Source of the DNA: a virus
Lineage: Duplodnaviria; Caudoviricetes
Direction: 5' to 3' (one strand)
DNA length: 64,000 bases
Virus record (IMG/VR): IMGVR_UViG_3300015608_003951
Location: 64,001-128,000 of that record
Position numbers and translations under genes: made by a program. The notes below the pieces were generated by a model. The model did not search any database. It was not told where the DNA came from and saw nothing but the letters and a program-made list of their open reading frames with translations. Shown here in pieces: positions 48,423 to 60,300 of the stretch. How positions within the stretch are numbered: the first letter of the stretch is position 1; each line of letters opens with the position of its first letter.

Positions 48423-50417
48423 ATGTTCGCTGACGCAGCCGTAGCCGGGTCTTCGACCAGATACTCCAGGACCCGTGGCCGGATCCAGGGCGGGGAGAGC
48501 ATGGGTATCGCGTACCCACACCCCTGGTTTGATCTGGCCACTACGTATATGCCGCAGAACATGAAGTCCCTCTTCAGGTGGCTTCGGCATTACTTCTTGC
48601 TCAACGGGTTCTTCAACGTCGTCGTAAGTAAGCTCGCGGAGTACCCGATCACGGCCCTCTTTTTCGAGGGCAAGAACGAAGAGATCTCCCGGAAGTGGCA
48701 GCGGTACTTCCAGGAGCACCTGCGCTACCGGCTCTTTCAGCTCGAAGTAGGCCTCGATTACTTCGTCTACGGGAACGCGTTCATAAGTCTTCGCTACCCC
48801 TTCACCAAGTTCCTCAGGTGTACGGGGTGTGGCTGGCAGAGCGCGGCCAGGTCTTGCAGGGACCACTGGACCTTCTCGGGCCATGACTTCAACCTGACCT
48901 GCCCGAAGTGTAAGCACTCAGGGCCCGCTAAGGTGCACGACGTGACCACCAAGGTGGCCTCGGGGGCACGCCTCATCCGTTGGAACCCGGAAGCCATTAC
49001 CATCCGGTACAACGAGGTGAGCGGACACAAGACGTTCTACTACGATCTTCCAGGGCACTTGCGCAATGACATCATCATGGGGCGCAAGCACGTGGTGGAG
49101 GAGATCCCCCAGACGTTCATCGAGGCCGCCAGGAAGAACATCGGGGTGACTATCCCCTATGAGCAGCTGTTTCACATGGCCCGTCCCTCCATTTCAGGGT
49201 TCGATCGCGGCTGGGGCATCCCGCTCCTCCTTTGCGTGATCAAGGAGGGGTTCCAGATGCAGGTGCTTCAGAAGGCGAACGAGGTGATCCTGATGGAGCA
49301 CCTCCAGCCCCTGCGCACGATCTTCCCTCAGCCCGGTGCGGGCTCTGCGGACCCTTACACGATGACCTCCTTGCCCCTGTGGAAGGAGCAGATGTCGAAG
49401 GAGATCGCGCGCTGGAGGTGGGATCCGGCGTACATCCCTGTCATGCCCCTACCGATAGGCCAACAGACCATTGGTGGCGAGGGGAAGGCCCTGCTCCTGG
49501 ATCAGCAAATCCAGTCCAAGGCCGAGGCCATCGTGGTCCAGCTCGGCGTCCCCAAAGAGATTATCTTCGGGGGAGCAAGCTGGTCAGGCGGTACCGTGGC
49601 GATGCGCGCGGTGGAGAACTTCTTCCTCGGGTACCTGGAGGAACACAAGGCCCTTCTGCGCTTTGTCGTGGAGCAGCTGCGCGTTGCCCTCGATTGGCCC
49701 GAGGTCGATGCGCACTTCAAGCCCTTCCGTATGGCAGATGACATGCAGAGGCAGCAGCTGCTCTTGCAGGCTGTCCAGCTCAACACCATGTCCCGGGAGA
49801 CCTGGCTTGGCCAGATGGACTTCGACTACAAGCAGGAGATGCAGCGATCTGAACGGGAGATCGATGACCAGCTCAAGCTACAGAAGAAGCAACAGATCGG
49901 CGCAGCCAAGCTCCAGGCGGAAGTAGCTGCACTGAGCGCCGCGACGGCAGCGGAGAACGGTCAGGCTCAGCAGGCTATGCAGCAAGGCCCGCTCCCCGGG
50001 GAGCCGGGAGCACCAGATTCGCTGACCCCAGAGCAAGCGCAGCAGCAGGCTGCCCAACAGCAGCCCCCGGCAGCCCCCGGCCAGGGTGGCGCTGCCCCCG
50101 CCCCAGACGCTGTCGATCAGTTCAACAACGTCATTTCAAGCCAACTTACGCAGAGCTCTGCGAACCGGCCATCCGCGGGTCTGGACATGGTTGCGGCCTC
50201 CTACGCCAAGCAGATCTCGCAGATGCAGCCGCAAGAGGCCAACTCCATGTTGCAGGCTCTCCAGCAGCAAAGCCCCGACCTCTACGCCATGGTCATGCAG
50301 AAGCTTCAAGAAATGGGGGCTAGTCCCACCCTTTCCGGCCCAGGCGCGGTCCAACAGCCCGCTGTGGATATGGCCCCCCTGCCGGAGAAACTCCCTCCGA
50401 GAAGGGCTTCTGTTTTA
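48423..50417 (+). CDS. portal protein with zinc-finger insertion (664 aa), ends at TTA
   Basis: DYFVYGNAF, LFHMARP..GWGIPLL, LGVPKEII; Q/P-rich tail; TTA 50415-50417 removes a 516-nt antisense overlap. Confidence 0.8.
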
Positions 50418-50423
50418 GGGGCT

Positions 50424-50455
50424 AAAAAACACGGACTTTCCCCCCGGAAGTCCGT
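50424..50455 (-). terminator. intrinsic terminator for the VWA gene
   Basis: CACGGACTT..GAAGTCCGTG stem preceded by A6 on the + strand. Confidence 0.65.
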
Positions 50456-50459
50456 GCGC

Positions 50460-51677
50460 TCAGTCGGCGATGACCTGCTTGCCGAAGGGCATTTTGGTCT
50501 CTTTGTTGGCGCCGATCAGGCACCAGTGCACGGGGAAGGTCGGCGGTTTGGGCGGACAGGCGCCATCACCGTCCGTCATGTAGATCACGGCCTCGGCGCC
50601 GAGCTCGGCAGCCCTCGCCAGGGGCTGAACGAAGTCGGTGCCACCCCTGCCGACGATCTGGAACTTCCCGGTGTTCAGATCGTCGACGGTGAGCATCTGC
50701 TCCTTGTGGACCTTCGTGTCTGCTTGCAGCAGCAGCAGCTCGTGGAGCCCGAGCCCCATCAGGACCCCTCGGATCTCCCGGATGGCGATGGTGACCTGCT
50801 CACCGCCCATCGAGCCCGACGTGTCGATGATCACGACGACCTTGGCCGTGCTGCCGATCTCACCCGGGTAGATGATGCCGCAGTCGTTCACGAAGGTCAT
50901 CGGGTGCGGCCTGCTGTAGGAGGCCATGCTGTTGTGCGCCGTGTTGGCAGAGCTCACCGTGGCCCGGAGGCTTGAGGCAAGCCGGGAGTACCACGGGATC
51001 TTGGGCGGCGCGACGGTGACGCGGGCCCACTCCGCGATGTCGCCGGGCACAGAGCCTCGCCCGGACCCGCCTTGCAGCGCGATGTCGTTGGCCAGGGCGA
51101 CGGCCGCGTGCCGCGTGTGCGCCTGCGTTTTGGAAGGTACGAGGGCGTTCAACTTATCGTTGAGCTCGTCGTCCTCCACGTCGCACCGGTAGTTGCCGGG
51201 GTGCCGGATCGGGTTGGGGCTGAGCTTGAACAGCAGCGCGAGGATCTGCTCCTCGATCGAGGGCTCGCCCTTCGTCTCGATGTGGCGGTACAGGTCGAGG
51301 AGGGTGCCGCTCATCCCCACGTCCGACGCCTTGATGTAGCCGGGGGGTAGCCGCATCGAGGAGCGGTGCACCGCCTCGTTGGCGGCCAGGAAGTCGGCCT
51401 TGTACAGGGCCGCCTCCTTGAACCCGTCCGTTTTGTCTTGGTAGACCATGTCGTAGACGACATGGAACACTATGCGTAGAAGTGCCCCGGCGGCCTCGTC
51501 GAGAGAGAGGGCGCCGAACCACTTCGGGTTGTACGCGAGCACGTGCTTAGAGGACAGCGCCATCTGTGCAACCGCCTCCGTCGGGTACGGAGACAGGAGA
51601 TGGATGACGCTGGCGAAGTACGGGAACTGCCTCTTCAGGCGCGCTCGCGCGGACACGAACTCTGTAGGCTCTGGCAT
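50460..51677 (-). CDS. metallopeptidase-like plus VWA domain protein (DUF2201-type)
   Basis: IDTSGSM, QADT, GRGGTDF, MTDG; the HExxH site reads RIVFH. Confidence 0.8.
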   Translation of the reverse strand: MPEPTEFVSARARLKRQFPYFASVIHLLSPYPTEAVAQMALSSKHVLAYNPKWFGALSLDEAAGALLRIVFHVVYDMVYQDKTDGFKEAALYKADFLAANEAVHRSSMRLPPGYIKASDVGMSGTLLDLYRHIETKGEPSIEEQILALLFKLSPNPIRHPGNYRCDVEDDELNDKLNALVPSKTQAHTRHAAVALANDIALQGGSGRGSVPGDIAEWARVTVAPPKIPWYSRLASSLRATVSSANTAHNSMASYSRPHPMTFVNDCGIIYPGEIGSTAKVVVIIDTSGSMGGEQVTIAIREIRGVLMGLGLHELLLLQADTKVHKEQMLTVDDLNTGKFQIVGRGGTDFVQPLARAAELGAEAVIYMTDGDGACPPKPPTFPVHWCLIGANKETKMPFGKQVIAD

Positions 51678-51736
51678 GTCGCTCCAGGGTGCACACATCC
51701 CCCTCCCGAAGGAGGGGGAGGGGGATGTGGCTTCGG

Positions 51737-53038
51737 TCAGCCCAGCAAGCTGAGGCTGAAGTTCGGGGTGAGGCGGCTGACGATCGCGTCAACCTTCTTG
51801 GCCGCCGAGGGGTTGCTGTCGGCGGCGGCCTTCAGGGAGGAGCCGAAGCCCCTCCGCTCCAGCAGCGACACCAGGTGGATGACGAGGTCCTTGTAGGACT
51901 CGTCGGCGAACACCTTGTCGACCAGCTGCCAGGCCTTCAGCGCGGTGTCGATCTGCTTCGCGGACGCCCCGGAGCCCTCGAACTCCGACGTGAGGTGCCG
52001 GACGGCGGCGCCGAGGACGGCGTAGATCACGTCCGGGCGGGCAGCGGGGATCACCCACTTGCCATCGAGGGCCTCCTCCACCGTGGGGAGGCCGAGGTCC
52101 GCGATGTGGTTGAAGAACTCGGAGGCCACCTCGGGGCCCACGGTGGCCGCCATGAGCGCCTCCTCCACCTCCGGGCCCAGGTGCAGGGCCTTGGCCGTCA
52201 CCCGGAGGTTGAAGCACATGCTCCAGGTCCTCTCGCTGGGCCAGGGCCCGGAGGCCTTCTCGGCGTTCTCGGGGAACGCGTGGATCTTCGTCGAGAAGGT
52301 CTTGAGGTAGGCCTCCGTCTCCATGGCGACCTGCTCGTACGCGTCCTTCCACCCGGCGCGCAGCCGGGCCATCGCGTCGGCCTCGTTCGGCAGCTCCACG
52401 CCGGCGGCGCCCGACGCCGCCGTGGTGTACTTGGCCCACGCCTCCCAGGTGTGGGGCTCCATGTGCAGGTGGACGAGGGTGTTGGCCATGGGCGCCGACA
52501 GCGGCTTCCCGGACATGGAGCACTCGGGCGGGTTCATGGCCGCCAAGACCCGGACGCGCGGGCCCAGCGGCCTCCGGGCCCAGGTGTGCTCCTGGAGCAC
52601 GCGGCGGATGGCCGCGTCCAGGCCGGCCTTGTTGGTGTTCAGCTCGTCGAAGACGAGGAGGCCCTGGCCCCGCTCGACGATGCTGAGGACATCGGGGTTG
52701 TCGGAGCAGCGCTTCAGCTCCCCCGAGATCACGGCGGGGATCCCTTCGAGGTCCTCCAGCTGGAGGCTCTCGGTCGGGAAGACGTGGCAGGGCACGTTCA
52801 GCGCCTCCGCCACCTGCCGGCCCATGGAGGTCTTCCCGATCCCGGGCTTCCCGATCAGCACCGCCGGGTAGCCGAAGCCGCCGTCGTAGGCGGAGAACAC
52901 GGGGCAGCGCTCGTTGGGCGCCATCAAAACGGCGAAGATGCACGCCTTGAGCTTCTCGTGCGGGCGCATCTTCTCGGCGACGGCAGCAGACTTCTTCTTG
53001 GACTTCTTGGGGCTCGTCTCGGTTTTGTCAGTCGACAT
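51737..53038 (-). CDS. MoxR-like AAA+ ATPase
   Basis: GKPGIGKT, LVFDE, AAMNP, PSERTW; paired with the VWA gene. Confidence 0.85.
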   Translation of the reverse strand: MSTDKTETSPKKSKKKSAAVAEKMRPHEKLKACIFAVLMAPNERCPVFSAYDGGFGYPAVLIGKPGIGKTSMGRQVAEALNVPCHVFPTESLQLEDLEGIPAVISGELKRCSDNPDVLSIVERGQGLLVFDELNTNKAGLDAAIRRVLQEHTWARRPLGPRVRVLAAMNPPECSMSGKPLSAPMANTLVHLHMEPHTWEAWAKYTTAASGAAGVELPNEADAMARLRAGWKDAYEQVAMETEAYLKTFSTKIHAFPENAEKASGPWPSERTWSMCFNLRVTAKALHLGPEVEEALMAATVGPEVASEFFNHIADLGLPTVEEALDGKWVIPAARPDVIYAVLGAAVRHLTSEFEGSGASAKQIDTALKAWQLVDKVFADESYKDLVIHLVSLLERRGFGSSLKAAADSNPSAAKKVDAIVSRLTPNFSLSLLG

Positions 53039-53570
53039 GCATGTACTCCGAATGGCAGACACAATTACATGGATGATGCTTCTGCCGCCAGCATCGATCC
53101 ACGGTACACCGTGGGCACTCTCCAGATTCAGAGAGTGCACACAGCTCAGCAACGTCTTGGTGGTCACCCATCATCCTGGCGCAACAAAGGCAGAACACGC
53201 CCTCGTATTCGCTGTCCAAGATGAATGTTCGAAAGTGCCTCTGGCGCAACACCCCCATGTGGCCCAGGCCCACATGAATGTAGCTCTCGCCCTTGAGGAT
53301 GTCCGAACCGCAGGGGCAGGTGATCTCCCCTTCTGGGTGTTCAACAGGCGGTGTGTTCTGTAGTTCTGTCAGGAGCTCCCCGAAGGCATCTTCGTAGCAC
53401 CCTTCGTGAGCTCGTCTACAGAAGAGAGCATCGCCGGTCTCCGTGAGGACATCCTCTCCGACCGGCTCTAGGTCCCTGTTCGTTGTGTTTATATCGCTTT
53501 TTATGAGCTTTTTGCAAAGCAGGAGGTAGGCCCTCTCATCTACCTCCTTGCCGCAGAACAGACAGCTCAC
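53028..53570 (-). CDS. Cys-rich zinc-binding protein
   Basis: Multiple CxxC/HxxC motifs. Confidence 0.55.
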   Translation of the reverse strand: MSCLFCGKEVDERAYLLLCKKLIKSDINTTNRDLEPVGEDVLTETGDALFCRRAHEGCYEDAFGELLTELQNTPPVEHPEGEITCPCGSDILKGESYIHVGLGHMGVLRQRHFRTFILDSEYEGVFCLCCARMMGDHQDVAELCALSESGECPRCTVDRCWRQKHHPCNCVCHSEYMHVD

Positions 53571-54193
53571 CCGGCACCCTGCTGAACACCCGACGTGGAC
53601 CAGTCCACCTTTCGCGTGTCCAGGATTTGCCAGCGTCGAGCAGCGCGCTCCAGGCTGAGGTCCGGGGAGAGCATGGTGCCTGGGTCCATGTCCCCCGTGA
53701 AGGAGAGCATGCGCAGCACGTCCTCCCCCTTGCCGAGGTGGAGCGGCACAGAGATCCGGTACCCCGTGGGGATGATGGGCGAGGCCCTGGCCCTGAACTT
53801 GTCATAGCGGATCATGGCTTCGATCGACACGACCTCATCCTCCATGTCGAAGGGATCGATACAGAGACCCCAGAAGTTGATGTCGGAAGGCGACAAGTAC
53901 CTTTGGGAACCCAGCCAACCACAAAGCTCCCCCGCGGAGGCGTAGTTTAGCAACACTTCGGCATCCCGTTGGTTGATGTACGAGACAAACCCCTTCTGGT
54001 CCTTGACCCTCAGTCGAACCCCTCCCAGGGCCCTCGCCTGGATGGGGGCGTACAGGCCATCCACGGTCCAGCACCTCCGGCTGTTCGTCGGATCCGTGAA
54101 CTCCTGGCCAACCACGTCCAGGTCCTCCCTCAGCCTCCTCGTCGGGGTCAGAGGGGTCAACAACGTCGAACTGTCTGCGATGTATCTCCTCAT
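53567..54193 (-). CDS. hypothetical protein
   Basis: 208-aa ORF coupled to the next gene (GTGA). Confidence 0.55.
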   Translation of the reverse strand: MRRYIADSSTLLTPLTPTRRLREDLDVVGQEFTDPTNSRRCWTVDGLYAPIQARALGGVRLRVKDQKGFVSYINQRDAEVLLNYASAGELCGWLGSQRYLSPSDINFWGLCIDPFDMEDEVVSIEAMIRYDKFRARASPIIPTGYRISVPLHLGKGEDVLRMLSFTGDMDPGTMLSPDLSLERAARRWQILDTRKVDWSTSGVQQGAG

Positions 54194-54354
54194 GTAGGTC
54201 CTTACAGAGCTCGTACAGAAAAGTGTGAGCTGCGCTGATGGCGATAATGAATCCGATGGACAAAACTCACTCGTAGCGCACGCACGGGAAGTACGGACGC
54301 GTCTACGGTTGTTATGTCGGCTACCCCGTAAATCTTGCGCTATACTGGCCGCGC

Positions 54355-57300
54355 ATGGCCTTCCAAGACCCAGACGAGGCTTTCGACAACGTTGTCCGGC
54401 ACACGGTGACCGCGCTGAATGGCGTGTTCCCCCTGCGGGGGCGGGACAAGTCTCTGCACTTGGAGGCGTTGCACATCGATACGGCGGCCAAGGATCCTCA
54501 CGACATCGGATCCCAGTACAAGGCCAAGCTAGGCGAGGAGACTTGGTCCATCCCCGTCCATGGGACCATGGTGCTCAAGAACGAGAAGGGGGAGGTTCTC
54601 GATCGCAAGAAGATCAAGATCTTGGACCTTCCCAGGACCACCAACCGGCTCAGCTACATCTACCGCGGTCAAGAGCACCAGGTGGCCAACCAATGGCAGC
54701 TTCGGCCTGGCGCTTACACCCGGCGCAGGAGCAACGGCGAACTGCGTACGCAGTTCAACGTGACGGGCAGGGCCGCTTTTGACCTTACCTTTGACCCCCC
54801 GACCAACCAGTTCTCTATCCTCTACAAGAAGGCCAATATGCCCGCGTACCCCATCCTCAAGGCGATGGGGGTGACCGACACGGAGCTTCAGCAGGCTTGG
54901 GGGAAGGACATCTGGGAGGCCAACGCCAAGAACAGGCGTAACTCCAGCACGCTCGCGCAGTTCTACAGGACCAGCACCAACACGCAGGGGTCTCCGACGG
55001 AACAGCAGGCGCTGGATAACCTGCACAAGGTCATGGCGGCCAGCAAACTCCACCCCGATGTGACGGAGATCACCCTGGGTAAGCGCTTCGAAAGCGTGGA
55101 GGGGGATGCCCTCACCCGTGCATCCAAGAGGCTGCTTGCCGTGCAGGCGGGCCAGCCCGAGGACGACCGTGACGCCTTGCCCTTCAAGGTGCTCAGGGCC
55201 ACGGGGGAGCTGCTGCATGACCAGATCAAAGCAGCGGTACCCAACGTGAAGATGAAGATGTCGAGGCAGCTGAACAAGGGGTCGGACAAGCTGCACGACA
55301 TCGTCACGCCAGGGTTCCTGAACCCCGCGGTCAGCGCCCTGTTCCAGAGTGCTCTGGTCAACCCGGCCAAACAGGTGAGCCCGCTCGACATGCTGGGCAC
55401 GGCCATGCAGACGACGATTATGGGCCCCGGCGGCATCAGGTCGGAGACGCAGGTGACGGACGAGGCCAAGTACATCAACCCGTCGCACCTGGGGTTTATC
55501 GACCCCTTCGCTACGCCGGAAGGCTCGAACACGGGGGTGTCCCTGCGCCTTCCCATCGGAGTGAAGCTGATTGGAGATCAGCCCCACATCCCCCTCTACA
55601 ACAACCGCACCAAGAAGATGGAGTGGGTCAGCCCTGCCACCGCCTACAAGAGCAAGGTGGCCCTGGCAGACCAGGTGGAGTTTGTGGATGGGCACCCCAA
55701 GCCGATCGCAAAGAAGGTGAAGATTCTCGGCAAGGACAATGAGATCGTCGAGGGCCCGCTCCATGAGGCGGACTACGTCATGCGTAGCCCGTCCAACATG
55801 TTCGCCCTCACCTCCGCCATGGTGCCGTTTGTGCAGAACAACAGCGGCGGGCGCGTCAGCATGGCCATCCGTCACATGGAGCAAAGCATTTCCTTGAAGG
55901 ACAGGGACAAGCCCCTCGTTCAAGTGGCAGGGCCGGCCGGTGACACCTTCGAGAAGCTATTCGGGCACCAGATCGGGCACCTCGCCCCGCACGACGGCGT
56001 CGTCACCAAGGTCACGCCTCACGCCATCCACGTGAAGGGGGCGGACGGTAAGAGCGCCGTGGTTCAGCTCTACCATAACTACCCCCTGAACGACTCGAAG
56101 AGCGTGTTCCACTCGGAGGCCCTTGTTAAGGAGGGGGACAAGGTAAAGACGGGCCAGCCCCTCGCCGATACGAACTTCACCCGAGGCGGGGTCTTCGCGC
56201 CGGGTAAGAACCTGCGTGTGGCCTACATGCCGTACTTCGGCAAGAACTTCGAAGACTCCATGGTGGTCACGGAGAGCGCTGCGAAGAAGCTCTCCAGCGT
56301 GCACCTGACCAAGCACTTCTTGAACACGGACGACCGCACCGTATTCGGCAAGACCAAGTTCCAGAACACCAACCCTGGTCTGTACCGCAAGGAGCAGTAC
56401 GAGCACCTGGATGACCAGGGCTTCCCCAAGGTCGGGTCGAAGGTACAGCCGGGGGATCCGCTGCTCCTCGCACTTCAGCCTTTCACCCTCAAGGACCGCG
56501 TAGGTGTGGGGGCTCTCCGCAAGAGCCTCACCAGCCAGCACACGGACAAGAGCCTTCGCTGGGAGGGTGAGACCGAGGGCGAGGTCGTCGCTGTGCATAA
56601 AAGCCCCAAGGGGGTGCACATACACGTCAAATCTGTGGAACCCTTGCAGATCGCTGACAAGCTCTGCTTCGATGAAAATACCGAGGTCCTTACGCGCACA
56701 GGCTGGAAGCCTGTGTCCAAGGTGAACCTGCAAGATGAGGTCTGTACCCTGCTTGACGGGGAGATCCGCTACAGCCGCCCTTCCGAAGTCCACAGCTACG
56801 CAGAAGGGGGTCGGATGTACTCGTTGGAGACGCAACAGATCGACCTTCTTGTGACCGCAAACCACCGGATGTACGTGCAAGAGTCCACCCGTGACCGCGA
56901 GCGCCCCTACAAGCTGGTGAGGGCCGACACTCTTCTTGGTAAGCGCGTCCGCTACAAGAAAGACGGCAACTGGGCAGGTCGTGCCGCTGCCGTTAACGGC
57001 TCCGGGGTGTTGGGGCTTACGGGCCGCGACTACCTGGCTCTCCTTGGGATGTTTTTGTCCGAAGGCTGTTGCGTGAATGCTCCGGAGTCTGGCACCTACG
57101 GCATCGACATCGCCCAGGTGAAGCCCACGGGCAGAGAGGAGCTCTTTGCCGAGCTCGATAGGATGGGGGTTCGGTACACCAAGACCCCTGATCGTGCCCG
57201 GATCCACTCCAAGGAAGCCCTGGCGCACTTCCAGACTTTCGGTAAGTGCAAGGACAAGTTCATCCCAAACGAAGTCTTCGACTACCCGAAGGACGACTTG

Positions 57301-60300
57301 GACGTGCTCTTCCGGTGGCTCATGTGGGGGGACGGCCACACGAAGAATGATCGTCCTATCTGCTACACCACCACGTCTCGTCGGCTGGCCGATGATGTGC
57401 AGCGCCTCTGTCTGCACATCGGTAAGGCGGCCAACATCAAGGTTGATCCAGCCCACGCGTTCGAACAAAACGGCCGGACCTACTGGGCGTCGGAGCGCTA
57501 CACCGTTCGGATCATCAACAGCAAACTGGCTCCGGAGGTAAACCACCACCACGCCAAGAAGCAGAACGCGCAGAGTGAGAGGATCATCGAAAACTACACA
57601 GGCCCTGTTTTCTGTGTAACGGTCCCCGGTCACGTCCTCTACGTGCGTCGTAACGGAAAGCCCTGCTGGAGCGGCAACAGCAACCGCCACGGCGGCAAGG
57701 GCGTTGTCGGCTACATCATCCCGGACCACGAGGCGCCCAAGACCAAAGACGGCAAACCCGTGGACATCATCTTCAACCCGCTAGGGTTGGGTGGCCGTAT
57801 GAACGTGGGCCAGGTGTACGAGACCTTGGCCGGCAAGATCGCTGAGAAGACTGGCAAGACGTACGTGGTCAAGAACTTCGATCCTCACGTCGAGGATTGG
57901 AGTCAGAAGATGGCCAAGGAGCTCAAGGAGCACGGCATCTCCGACAAGGAGGAGCTGATCGACCCGAAGACGGGGCAGAGCCTGGGCAAGGTCCTGGTCG
58001 GGCCTCAGCACTTCATCAAGCTCGTGCACCAAGCTGCAAAGAAGAACTCCGTGCGCGCAGGCATGGGGCTCCCCAAGCTGCCCTCCGACGAGAAGTACGA
58101 CTCCCTTACCTTTGCCCCGGCTTCTGGCGGAGGTACCGGCGGACAGAGCTACGGCCAGCTCGGCATGTACGCCCTGCTCGCGCACGGGGCGAAGAACATC
58201 CTCCGCGCGGCCATGACCTACAAGTCCGAGGGTGAGGACCCGGAGACCGATGAGGCCAAGAAGTGGAAGAGTCAGCACGTAGAGGCCTGGATGGCGATGC
58301 AGAAAGGTCTGCCGTTGCCGCCCCCTAAGCCGACGTTTGCCTTCCACCGCTTCACGGAGATGCTCAAGGGCGCTGGCATTAACGTCGAGAAGAAGGGGTC
58401 CGAGTTCTTTCTATCCCCCATGACGGACAAGCAAGTCCTATCGATGAGTGCCGGTGCGATCAAGGACGCGGCCTCTGCGGTCCACTCGAAGATGGACCCG
58501 ACCACCAACCAGTACAAGCCGATTACCGGAGGTATCTTCGACGAGAAGATGACGGGGGGCCACGGCGGAACCAAGTGGTCTCACATCCCCCTGTCGGAGC
58601 CCCTCCCCAACCCTATCTTCGAAGAGCCCATCAAGAAGCTCCTGGGCATCACGGGGCCCCGTTTTGAAGAGATTCTCCAGGGCAAAGTCAAGGTCAACGG
58701 CAAGGTGGGCGGCCACGCTATCGAGGAGATGCTCAAGGGCATCAAGGTGGCGGATGAGCTCTCGAAGACCAAGGCAGCCCTGAACAAGGCCCCACCCTCC
58801 ACGGCAGACGCCCTTTATAGGAAGGCGCGGTACCTCCAGGCCCTCGACAAGCTCGGGCTAAAGCCCGAAGAGGCCTATGTGCTGCACAACGTGCCGGTGC
58901 TGCCCCCCAAGCTGCGCCCCCTCTCCGTCATGGAAGACGGCGCGCTTCGCTTCGAGGACACCAACGGCTTCTACATGAAGCTTGGGCAGATCAACAGCAA
59001 GCTCGGCCACCCCGCCATGGCGTACCTGCCCGAGGCAGAGAAGGCTCCCTTCCGTATGGCGGTCTACGACGGGGTCAAGGCCCTGTTCGGCGCGGGAGCT
59101 CTGCCGGAGGGGGCTAAGCAGAAAGGCCTTCTCCAGCAGATCCACGGCACGTCACCCAAGCTCGGTCTCTTCCAGCAGGGGTTGCTGTCGCGTCGCCAGG
59201 ACATGAGCGCCCGAGGTGTGATCATCCCTGGACCGGATCTCCACCTCGACCAGGTCGGGCTGCCCGAAAAGCAGGCGCTGACCCTGTTCCGGCCCTTCGT
59301 CGTCAACCAGCTCGTCAAGTCCGGAAGGTCCAAGACTACGCTGGAAGCCCAGGAGGTCCTCAGCCAGGTGGAGCGCGGCAAATCGGACCCCTCCGTCTGG
59401 TCCGCACTCAATCAGGTCTTGAGCGAGCGCCCTGTCCTGATCAAGCGAGACCCCGCTCTGCACAAGTACTCTATCCAGGCCTTCTACGCCCAGGCCATCC
59501 CCGGCAACGCCATCAAGCTGCACCCGCTGGTAACCGGCGGGTTTAACGCGGACCACGACGGGGACAGCATCAAGGGGCGCGTCCTGTTGGCCGAGCGCGT
59601 TCACGGCACCTGGCTGGCTCGATCCTGCGACATCAAGGACTTCCCGAGGGTGGCTGGGTCGGAGCATCGCTCGCTGGGCGGAACGAAGGAGTACGATGTC
59701 CCGCCCAGCACTTACGTGTTTGGCATGGTGAACGGCTCCATGCGCCCGTGTGCGGTGCGCTCCTTCAGCGTCCATCCTGGGTGCGTCGCCTGGGAGGTCA
59801 CCTTCCGGTCTGGACGCAAGGTGATCTGCTCCCAGGACCACTCTCTTGCCGTACTGGATACGGCTACGCTCACCGCCACCAACTGCAAGCCCGCAAACTC
59901 CGTGGGGGCAGCCGTACCCGTGTTGGGCCGTGTAGAGGAGCACCTGAGCCCCAGTATCCCAGTCCATGGCCGGGAGGAGAAAGCTACGGAGGCTCTTGGC
60001 CATGCGTTGGGGGAGGAGCTTGCCCTTTACGACGGCAACCCCTTGGCTCAGGAGCGCTGCACCCCTCCCCAGAAGTACCGGTCGACTACCCTTCTTCGCA
60101 CGCTCCTTGAGTCTGCGATCATCCGGCCCACAGCTTTCAGGCAGGGTGTCCTTACGGGGTTCTTGGGGGCGGCTCTGGACATCGACACGGCGCGTGTCGA
60201 TACGACTGACCCCCGCGCCCTCTGCAACTTGTTGCGCAGCGTGGGGGTGCCGTGCAGGGAGGAGCGAGACTCTGTGCTCTTGTGCAGGGATTCGCTCTAC

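Noticed and set aside
2957-50417. +1 frameshift or extra-T sequencing error at TTAG/TTAA as the explanation for terminal TTAs
   Set aside because: Only 7 of the 16 sites are followed by A or G; the other 9 are TTAC or TTAT, which give no +1 stop
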